A DNA stretch of 64,000 bases from positions 26,818 through 90,817 of the forward strand of contig MCFE01000343.1 of NCBI GenBank assembly GCA_002104905.1, written 5' to 3'. Of this stretch, positions 26,621 to 36,423 are shown in pieces. The notes under the pieces were generated by a model that was given only the letters and a program-made list of their open reading frames with translations, ran no database searches and had not been told where the DNA came from. A program made the translations under genes and the position numbers. Numbering within the stretch: the first letter of the stretch is position 1; every line of letters starts with the position of its first letter. The DNA is from Basidiobolus meristosporus CBS 931.73 (Eukaryota > Fungi > Basidiobolomycota).

Positions 26621-29600
26621 ATAACAAATCTCATTTAATAGGGCAGTATCTGACATGTAAACATCCAGCATCTTGAGCCCAGGTTTGAAATCTCTTTCCT
26701 TATCATCTACACCTAGGTTATGGATGATACTCCTCAATTTCTTGAGCAGAGTCAAACTTGTCATCATTCAGCACCTGGACCCAGGTCCTAGATCTAAACT
26801 TTCATCACTTCAACCCGGGTCCTGGATCTTAGGTTGCATTAGCATGTCTGGGTTCTGGATGTCAACTCTGATTAAACTGAGCAATATTGAATATTTCACC
26901 TTCTGGCACCTTGAACTCAGGTCCTACATCTTTACATTTATCACCCCAACATAGGTTCACAATCTTGGCTATTATCACCTATAACCAGGTCCAAGATATC
27001 CACCTTCAGCACCTTGATCCTGGTCCAGATATCAACCCTTATTTAATAAGCAATATTCAAAATTTCAAATTTCACAAATTGAACATAGGTTTTATATATG
27101 ACCTTTTATTGCTTAGACCCAGGTCCATGTTATTAGCTTGCATTACCATGCTCAGGTTTTAGAATGAAATATAATCAAATTGCACTATATCCAACATTAT
27201 AACTTTAGGTACCTTGAGCCCAGGTCCTACATTCCTACTTTCATCACCTTAAACCAGGTTCTACATCAATGCCCTCTTCACTTGGACAAAGGTCCTGGAA
27301 GACAACCCACATTTTGTGGAGAAATATCCAAAGCTTTACTTTCTGCACCTGAACCCACATCCTATATCTCCACTTTCATAATTTGGACCAAGGTTCTAAA
27401 TCTTAGCCTGCACTGCCATGTCTAAATCCTGGATATCAACCCTGATTGATTTGGGCAATACTCAACATTACAACTTTCAACATCTTGAACCCAGGTCCCG
27501 CATGTCAAGTTTCATGACCTGGGCCCAGGCTCAGGATATTAGCTATCATCACCTATACTCAGGTACCAGATATCTACCTTCAACCCTTTAACCTGGTCCT
27601 GGATAGTAACCCTCATTGTATCAAGTAATATCCCAAACTTTCAGCACCCAGACCCTGGTCCTGCATCTCAGCTTTCATCACTTGGACCCAGGTCTGGGAT
27701 CGTAGCTTGCATTACCAAGCTGAGGTTCTAGGTACAAAATGTCATTACATTGAGCAATATTCAACAGCTTAGCTTTTAGCACCTTGAAACCTGGCCTGGG
27801 ATCTTAGCTTGCATTACCAAGCTCAGGTTCTAGATACAAAATATCAATAAATTGAGCAATATTCAACAGCTTTGCTTTTAGCACCTTCAGACCTGGTCTT
27901 GTATCTCAGAGTACATATACACAGGTTCAAGATCCTAGCTGTGATCATCTAAGCTCAGGTCTTGGATATGAAGTTTAAGCACCTTAACCCTGTCCTTGAT
28001 ATCAACCCTCATCTTATTGAGTAATATCCACAATTTCAACTTTCAGCTACTTGAACAAGGGTTGTACATATCAAATTTTGTCACCTGGACCCCAGCTCAA
28101 GATCTTACCAATCATCATGCCTGCTCAGATCCTAGATATCTACTTTCAGCACCTTGACATTGGTCTTGGATATTAGCACCTATTGCATTGAGCAATATGC
28201 ATAATCTTAACATTACACACTTTGACTCCAGTTGTAGATCTCACAATACATCACATTGCCTAGGTCTATGAATATCCATTATTATAATTTTCAGCATCTT
28301 GACTAAGATTTTATATCTTAGATTGCAACAAATTGGCTATGTCTGGTATATACTTGTTATAATGAGCAGTATCAAAGATTAAAACTTTTGCCACCTTGAC
28401 AGAGTTATAGATCTAACATTAATCATTGGTACCCAGGTAGATCTGTTGCATTATTATTATGTCCTGAGCTGTGATATTAACTATCATTGAGTGGTGCAGT
28501 ATATAAGATAACTTTTTCTAGTGCCTTGGCCATAGTTGTAAGTCTCAACCTTCCTCACTTGGACCCAGGTCCTAGATTTTAGCTTGCATTACTATGTCCA
28601 TTTCCTGGATACCAAATCTCATTAAATTGAGCAATATCCAACAATTTGGGTTTTAGCACCTTGAGCCCTGGTCCTACATCTCAACTTTCATCACCTGAAT
28701 CCAGGCCCTAGATGTCAACTTTTGGCACCTTGACCCAGGTTCTGGATACTAGCGCTCAAAACATTGGGCAGTATCATCAACTACAGCTTGCAGCACCCAG
28801 GTCCTAGACCTCAACTTTTAACACTTGGACCCAAGTTCTAAATCTTAGCTTGTATTGCTATTCACAGGTCCTGGATATCAAATCTTATTAAAAAAAGTAA
28901 CATCCAACAACACAACTTTCAACACCTTGAGCCCAGGTACAACATCACAACTTTTATCACCTGTATTTAGGTCTTAGATCTTGGCTCTTATTGCCTCAGC
29001 TAAGGTCCTGGCTATCAACCCTCATTACATTGAGCAGTATGTAAGATTGCAACTTTCAGGAACTGGACTATTTCTTAGATTTAAACCTACATTACATGCC
29101 CTGGTCCTGAATTTGTATGCTCAAGAAATTGAGCAATATCCAGTATTTTAACTTTCTGCATCTGGACCAAGTTGTTGGATGCCACCCTTCATCATTATGC
29201 AAAGGTCCTGGAGATCAACTACCCTTGCATTGAGTAATATCCAAGATTGCAACTTCCAGCACCTTAGTCAAGGTCCTTGATATCATTTTATATTACCAGG
29301 TGCAAGTCCTGAATACTAACTTTCATAATACTGAGCAATGTCAATGATCACAACTTTCAGCACATGGACTCAGGTCTGAGGTCTCAACTTGCATCATAAT
29401 GCCATGGCACTGGATTCCCAGTTTCATTACATTGAGCAATATGCATAGTTACAACTTTCAGCACCTGGACCCAAGTTTCAGATCTCAATTCTCATGAGAT
29501 TGAGCAATATTCAATATTACAACCTTCAGCATCTAGACCAAGGCTCTATATCTCAGTTACATTACCTTGCCTAGGCCCTGGACTTCCACTGTTGTTACAT

Positions 29601-29760
29601 GGAGCAATATGCATGATCAAAATTATTGGCACCTTGATAAAGGTTTTAGATCCAAAATTTATCACCAGGACCAAGGTAGATCTGAACTGGTCTCACTATG
29701 CCCAGGTCCTTGATGTCAGCCACTTCACTCCAGGCCCATCCTAAATCTCTATTTTTGTAT
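26620..29760 (+). repeat. Degenerate satellite tract of the same family
   Basis: Same monomer and linker motifs as 7980-16430, heavily diverged. Confidence 0.8.
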
Positions 29761-30129
29761 TGGATCACTATTCCAGGGGCAGGAACTTTTGATAAGTCTT
29801 TTCTCTATTTGTCTTTGCTATTTTGTTAAAGCAGCTGTGTTCATGAGGGTAATATATTTCATGATCAGCACAATGGTGCTGATATATTGCTTTTAGCTGA
29901 GTTGTTGCAGGCTTGGATATTCTCATGTACAAGTCATTGGTATCTTATAAAGCCTAGATGGGTTGACTTTAAACCACAGTAAACAATTTATATAGGCTTG
30001 TTGCACCTCCCATCAAATTACTAATCCCACTATGCTCTATTATTTGGCCTCATTAGCCTATAAATTCTACCAAAAAGAATTTGAAAGCCAGATTCATCAG
30101 AGCCAAGCACCATAACCTGCATAAATCAA

Positions 30130-31900
30130 AGTTCAGTAATTCAGAAGCTTGCTTTGGCAGCAGAGAGAATAGTATACATACCCAAGCCCAGATATCACAA
30201 GATATTGAATACACAAGATGCCTTTAAATGCACTGATAAAGAGAAGACTAGTATTGAGAAGACTCCTGATATTAGATATGATATTGTGTAAGGATTGGAA
30301 AAGGGTTTGGACAATGAGCCCCCCAAAGAAAAACATCTGGTACTAGAGCAGATTCATTCATACTATCCTGGATTCAGGCATGCATACTGGTCCTGGACTG
30401 GCATTAAACTACTTTGAAAATATCTTATGAAGTATAGACACTATCCAAGACAGTAAACCAGGAACCATTATACAAGGAAATGTTAAGTTATAAAGAGCCT
30501 GACTCTGGTATGGCAGACAGTTCCCAACAAGTGGCATAGCAGTAGCTAGTAGCTAGTAAAAGGCCAGAATGTAAATAAGTCCTTTGACACTAATCTGAAA
30601 ATTTACAACTTCCTATATGTGTATACTGGATTTCATGTAATTTGGGAGTTTTAATACTTTGATAGAAGATAATACTTTCACTTTCAGTGTACTTTATGAG
30701 CTTCAGCTGAGAAGGGCTGTAAATTGCTCTGCTAGCTATTATTAGATGTTTCTTGACAAATTGGCTTATTTCCTACAATGGACAAACTCCTTGTTTGCAA
30801 ATAAATATCTTTACTGGAAACAAGCTTCCTTATTTGAAAATTCCCAACTCTGCATTAACCTTGAGGATTTCTTAAAGAGATCTCACATGGGCCTGCTGTA
30901 GAGGGCTTCTAATGAGGACTTTACACCCAAAGGGGTGTCTAAAGGAGTTTCTTTAACATAATTGGGTCACCCAAAGGGGACTTTTCCATCAAACCAAACA
31001 AGGTCAAAGTCTGTAGAAGAGCTGTAGTTTGGTCTGTAGAACTTACTGAAAAAATAGCTGGATGGATTATGTATATGAAATCCCTGTAGGATCAAGCTCT
31101 GCAAGTGATTGCATGTGATATACACCTGCTGCAAAGCTGATATTTGTGTTTAGTCTGAGTGGATATAGTTGCAGCACCTGTGAAAATGAGATCTAATTTG
31201 ATTGGCTGGATCAAAAATTGTATGTGTTTGAATGTTACAAATTATTTCAAGCTTATAAGCCATGTGAGTTTTGAGTCTTCAATGTTTGAATGACTATAAC
31301 CCCTTAAATACTGCACTGAGCAATTGTCTGAAGATGCTAGAGAACTTGTGGGGAATGAGAACAAGCCTACTACAGGCAGTTGTTTAGAGATTCTACCTAG
31401 CAACAAAGATGCAAAGTGATCCAAATGGCCATAGTAGAGTTTGTAGGTCAACAATATACTCCAGATTACTCCAGAGGGTCTTTAATGAAATGAGTGAGTA
31501 AACACATACAAGCTTTGTGGAGAGCTAATGGAGTCACTAGCCAAAGTACTGCACTGTACATGGAAGTCTCCACTGCTCAGAACATGTATGGGAAGGAGTG
31601 GAAAAAAGCAGGCACAAGGCTATTGGGAGGGTAGGTCTTGATAAAGCTACTAATTGAGTGTAAGGTTGGGAAAGGCACAATAGAATCACTAGTCTTATGT
31701 ACCAGTCCATACAAGGAAGTAATGAGAATTATCTGAGGTTTGAAAAGAAAAAATGAGATAACTAAGAGCCTATTAATGAAATCATGGGGGAAGTAGATTT
31801 TCAAATTTTACCATGTTTTTCACCATAGCATGGATTCAATTTTCTTTTAACACAAAACATAAGGGATCTGTATATGCTTATGACCACTCTCTCACATAGT
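30130..31900 (+). repeat. Old unclassified interspersed repeat X, copy 1
   Basis: Blocks 30130-30430, 31340-31800 and 31800-31900 align to the reverse complement of 62440-63740. Residual codon conservation: MYGKEWKKAGTRL vs MYGNE*IIAGTRL, LCTSPY in both. Confidence 0.6.
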
Positions 31901-32039
31901 TTTTAATAAGTGAGTGTGTTTTGAGCAAATTGTTATTCAAACATTGCAAGGTATATTTCTAGCTTTTACATGGTGATAATGCTGCATATATGGGACAGTT
32001 TAAAACAAGTAAAATGTCCAGCTCAAAAATAAGATAGTA

Positions 32040-32560
32040 GTGCCATAATGGTTATTGTTGATCAATTCTCCCTCAAGGCAGCAACTGCTTTGCATGAAAT
32101 AATATAGACTACATAATAAGAAACCATGATACTACTGTAGCAAGCTTTTTAGACATTAAACTCAAATACAGCATGAAGAATGCTTCAAAAAACATGGCCA
32201 TTGTTTTTCTGCACAAATATGATATTAAGAAGTCAGTGAAATGGCATGTTTCCACTTTCATTAGTAACAGAGGTCTGAGGACTTACTGCTGCTGCTTGCT
32301 GAAGTTTTGCCACTTGGCAAGAAGCAACTAATGTGATAGAATTGGAGAGATATAATGAGACTGGCTACATGTCACTCAAGGCTAGTACTAAAACCATCAG
32401 GTATTAATGGCTATATGGCATTATCATCAAAGTATGATGCTTTTACCAAGTATCAAACTTGCATGGATTTACTGCCAATAGTGGCAGCCAGTATTCATTT
32501 TCTAGATATATTCCAATGATACCCCATCTGAAAACTTTGATGCAATCAAATGAATACTGC
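32040..32560 (+). pseudogene. Very degenerate Ty3/Gypsy integrase remnant
   Basis: Fragments in shifting frames: MVIVDQFS, FISNRG and MDLLPIVA (cf. MVIVDRFSK, IISDRG, WVDLLPIAE). Confidence 0.4.
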
Positions 32561-32630
32561 CAAGTTAAGTTGTACAGTTTACACCTTGAGCAATCACATA
32601 TATTTGAAGATATCTTCAATGGAGAATATT

Positions 32631-33372
32631 AGACTTGTACCATTGGATAGTGCCAAGTTGAGCCATGAGTGCCAAATGATGCCATAGTATGCCAGGGAGG
32701 CCAAGAGTACCTTTACATGGCCACAGAGTGTGAAACACAGCTCTTCATATTCATCCAAAGCAGCCCCTGTGTTTCACACATCATGCTGGAGAAAATCCAT
32801 TTTTTGACCTTTTGTTTGGATCAAAGTTGTGCAGGATGTGTAAGAGCTCAAAAGAGTTGAAGACATGTATCTGGTACTCAATACCCATGGCACTCCAGAT
32901 CTAGCTGCTGTGGCTTGTATCATGACACAGAGGTACGTGGCACTATCTTGGTCCACTAGTGCTATCAAACATTATATTTAAATATTAGCCCTAAAGTAAA
33001 ACCTATACTAAGAACTTATAGTTCCAGATAGTTCCAGTGGACCGGGATAGTGCCATGCATCTTTGTGACATGATACATACCACAGGAGCTAGATTCAGAG
33101 TGCCATGAGTACTGAGTACCAGATGCATGTGTTCAATCTTTTTAGCTCTTCTGAATCTTGCACAACTTTGATCCAAAAAAAAAGTCAAAAAATTGATTTT
33201 TTCTAGCATGATATGCAAAACAAAGTGGCTGCTTTACATGAAGATGCAGAGCTATGTTTCACACTCTGTGTCCAAGCTTAGGTCTGCTATATCCTCTCTG
33301 GCACACGATGACACTATTTGGCAGTATTTGGCACTCATGGCTCAATGTGGCACTATCTAATGGAACAAGTCT
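32631..33372. mobile_element. Foldback-type non-autonomous DNA transposon (742 bp, ~330-bp imperfect arms)
   Basis: Ends AGACTTGTACCATT / AATGGAACAAGTCT, flanked by ATT and ATC. The arms align through to a short AT-rich loop near 32960-33030. Mirror ORFs 32669-32860(+) and 33003-33218(-) share MLEKI.FLTF.LDQSCA. Confidence 0.88.
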
Positions 33373-33499
33373 ATCATGTTATTAGTACCTTTCAGCTGTC
33401 AGCACCATTTGAACTATCTCCCATTAGTGAACACCATGTAAGAAGGTGTAGAATCTTGCCTGTGACCAGCAGCTATCTGGAATACTGACCTGAAGCTTT

Positions 33500-33974
33500 C
33501 CTATCAATAAATTTATCATTGGTAGCATCAACTATAGCTCTGGCTGCCTTGACCTTTCACCCATTTTTTTAGCAGATTTTTCTTCACTATCATATATTTG
33601 TATATATATGCATGTGTGAGCCTATTCTTGCTTTCTTTCACTCTGTCATCACTGTTCTTCAAATAACAAATCATCACATGCATCTTGGATAATGATGTGA
33701 TATTCTTGATCAAGTTTGTATATGGGAGTGCTTGCATTTTATCTCCTCTTCCTGCCTTGCTACATATCAACTCTTTATGAAGCTCCCAGAGTATGAAGCA
33801 TAGACAAATAGTCTTTACACTCTTTGTTGTTATTATATCAAGTTTCTGCTATGGCAGGCAGAGAACCATATGCTCTGGCTAGTGCTGGTAAAAGTGCCAT
33901 TCAAATACCACTACAAGCCTCTCATGTAGTAGCAGTAAATACATCATGTTGGCATTGGAGAGCTGCTTTCAAAG
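33500..33974 (-). pseudogene. CACTA/En-Spm-type transposase relic, C-terminal part
   Basis: Manual minus-strand translation ..EWHFYQH*PEHMVLCLP..ALPYTNLIKNI resembles the fungal CACTA motif E.LYYQ..PER..C ... PY.NL. It is contiguous in frame with 44999+ across the LTR element. Confidence 0.65.
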
Positions 33975-34555
33975 TCTTATGATCTGCACTTGAATGTTTA
34001 AGTTAGATCAGTTTTTAGTCAAATCAATTAGTATATGCTTAGGTTAGCAGTATATCAGTATTATCTATGAAATCAGTAGCATTAGTCAGCAAATGAATCA
34101 GCAGATCCTTATCAGACAGAAATAGATATATTAGACTTGTTCCATTGCGCCATTGATCATAGTGCCAGAAAGTGCTGTATATTTTGTAATTAATTTGATA
34201 TTTTAGGGTCATATGCATGTTAATTTTGATCCCAAATTGGCACTATATGGCACCATCTGGCACTCTGTGGCATGATCAGGCACCATCTGGCATGCTTTGG
34301 CACTATTGGGCACTATGATCAGCTGGAATGATGGAACAAGTCCATTAAGTAGGATCTTATTGGGTGATGATGATGCAATCAGATGAGTCATCAGCCACAA
34401 CCTACATTAGGAAATACAATTAGTCAGCAATTGATCTGGCAAAATATATGTAAGAAGCTGCTGGAACCTCAATAAAAATCAGTTCAAGTTTTAGTGAATA
34501 TAATACTAGCTAAACTCTCTATTCCTCTACAACTCTTATACCAAGACTTGTAACA
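33975..34555 (+). repeat. 5' LTR of family-B element (contains MITE)
   Basis: TCTTATGATC...TTGTAACA. 367 bp after removing the MITE and one TSD. Roughly 94% identical to the 3' LTR by eye. Confidence 0.93.
34133..34343. mobile_element. 211-bp MITE of the same family, inserted in the 5' LTR-B
   Basis: 12-bp perfect TIR GACTTGTTCCAT/ATGGAACAAGTC. TSD ATT at 34130-34132 and 34344-34346. The empty site GATATATTAAGTAGG is seen in the LTRs at 11449 and 44627. Subterminal TGGCA/TGCCA motifs. Confidence 0.93.
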
Positions 34556-34559
34556 TTGG

Positions 34560-35068
34560 TCTCATGATCACATGATAGCCATGAACACCCATGCCAAGTT
34601 TCAGCTTCCTAGCTGAATTTCTAAGAGATTCCTTCTGGAACCTCCTACCACCTTCCAGAAAGTTCCTGACCATTCCAAACCATTGTTACACAATTGAACA
34701 TTCCATGGAAGCTTCCCATCGTATTTTTCATAGTCCAGTACCATATATGGAAATACCAGATCACATGACCTAGTCACATGATCAGGTGACCCATCCATTT
34801 CCCCATCCTGTTTCAGTACCTTGCCTTCTATATTATTATTCCCAGCACAGTGCTGCGCCTCACCCCACAACCCCATTAGTATTAGCCAATATCTCTTGGC
34901 ATCAGTATAACCAAAAAGTATATATAGTCCTATTCCCCCTTAAGTATTACTCAGTCTGATAAACACAGGTCTTGAATAAACAGCCTTGCCTTGATGATCC
35001 ACACCTAAGTCCTTTCCTGGTCCTGCCTTGCCTAGCTCTACTCTCCTGCCTTGTGTCTATTCATAACA
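34560..35068 (+). repeat. 5' LTR of chromovirus (509 bp)
   Basis: TCTCATGATCACATGA...CATAACA. Lacks an 18-bp segment (GGAAACCCACCTTGCCTT) present in the 3' LTR. Confidence 0.93.
34919..34963 (+). promoter_or_regulatory. LTR promoter: TATA box and initiator-like TCAGTC, predicted TSS at A34953
   Basis: TATATATA at 34919-34926, TCAGTC at 34951-34956 and AATAAA at 34975. The TSS is inferred from spacing and from complementarity to the PBS. Confidence 0.65.
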
Positions 35069-35070
35069 GT

Positions 35071-35081
35071 TTTATCAGACT
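35071..35081 (+). other. Self-priming PBS (Tf1-type)
   Basis: TTTATCAGACT, 2 nt after the LTR, is the exact complement of AGTCTGATAAA at 34953-34963. There is no TGG tRNA-type PBS here. Confidence 0.85.
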
Positions 35082-35474
35082 CTCCTGACTTACCTGTGGA
35101 TCCCTGCCTTCTGCCCAAAGTTTGAAGAAAACTTGTAAAAGGAATACTCACCTTAGGTATAACCCATCATCTTTCCCTAGTCTTGTCCTATAAAGGCAAA
35201 GATACTTTATCTTTGTAAGACTATTGGTCAAAGCTGCATTCACTTTATTACCCTGCTGGTGGAGTTTACAGTTGTTACAGTATTGGAAGCTTTAGTACAA
35301 TACTCTATCAAAGGATGTTGAAACCAGTACCTTCTGAAGTGATGCTAACTTATTTAAGTTGGGGATTGTGGCTCAATAGTTGTATTCTTGACATACTAGT
35401 GGCTTTACAAACCCACAACACAGTATAGTATATTCCAGTATTCCTTGCAAGTTCATCCGCCTTTCTCTGCTACC

Positions 35475-36406
35475 ATGTCCAACCTGGAGCTGAACTTTGC
35501 CCAGCTCATGGCTGCTTTTACCCAACTGCAGCAAGACCATGCAGACATCAAAAACACTTTTGCTCAGTTCCAGAACCAAAATGTCCGCAGACTAGCCATG
35601 TCCCAGTCTACCAAGAACCCAAGTATACTCCTGCTACCAAGTCCAATGGCTCTCAGAATGAATTCCGCGGCTTCATCAACATGGTAAAGAACAATCTTGC
35701 ACTCCAGACCAACCAGTACCCCACTGACCAGGCCAAAGTTGGTTTCCTCTCCAACCTGCTTACTGGTACATCTCTCAAGCGGTTCTCCCCATTAGTGGAG
35801 ACCAACTCTCCCCTCCTCAGAGACTACCAAGCTTTTCTCACTGAAATGGAGCTAACATTTGGTAACCTTGACCAAGCCAGAACTTCTGCCAACAAGATCA
35901 AGACCCTCAAACAAGGGAACAAACCAGCATCAGTCTATGCCTCAGAACTCTGACAACTCTCCAGGGACCTCAGCTCCTGAGGTCAAGCAGCCTTGATAAG
36001 CTAATTCCAAGATGGCCTTAATGATGAAGTCTGTGATCTGCTACTCCTACTCCCAGATCCAGGTACATTGGTTGAAGCTATGCACCAAGCAATCCGGTGT
36101 GACAACAGACTATTCCAGAAGAAGCAAAAGAACCGTCAAAGACACATTCCTGTTGCAGTCCCAGCCCCTCCTGCTCCCCAAGTCACTCCAGAAGATCCTA
36201 TGCAGATTGATAGTGCCAAATACAAGAAACTATCAAAGAGTGAAAAGTCCAGATGTCAACAAGCCAACCTCTGTCTATACTGTGGCCAACCAGGTCACTT
36301 TGCCAAGTCCTGCCCCAGCAAGCAGTCCAGCTACAAGCTGATGCAGTCCTCCAGTAACCAACCTGACTCAGATCTGTTGGGAAACTCCAATGTCCAGTTG
36401 CACTGA
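35475..36406 (+). pseudogene. gag: Chromovirus gag, disrupted (retrotransposon gag domain plus CCHC knuckle CLYCGQPGHFAKSC)
   Basis: ORF pieces 35445-35687, 35681-35953 and 36068-36406. ATG at 35475 in CTACCATG context. Frameshift and internal stops. Confidence 0.9.
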
Positions 36407-36423
36407 CAGGCTTGCAACTGGAC
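36379..36423 (+). promoter_or_regulatory. -1 programmed ribosomal frameshift signal (gag-pol)
   Basis: Slippery G GGA AAC at 36379-36385 in the gag frame, then a 6-nt spacer. Perfect 11-bp stem GTCCAGTTGCA (36392-36402) / TGCAACTGGAC (36413-36423). The pol ORF at 36412 is in the -1 frame. Confidence 0.85.

Noticed and set aside
21521-26954. Many 60-137-aa ORFs rich in GPGPRS/QHLDPG (also at 1333-5187 and 54842-60669) as a repetitive protein gene
   Set aside because: They are translations of a 34-bp unit, which is not a multiple of 3. Frames shift every monomer and most ORFs lack a real ATG.
30700-31000. Copia-like integrase tail (NGQTP..GNKLPYL)
   Set aside because: The match is too short and degenerate, with no supporting flanking motifs.
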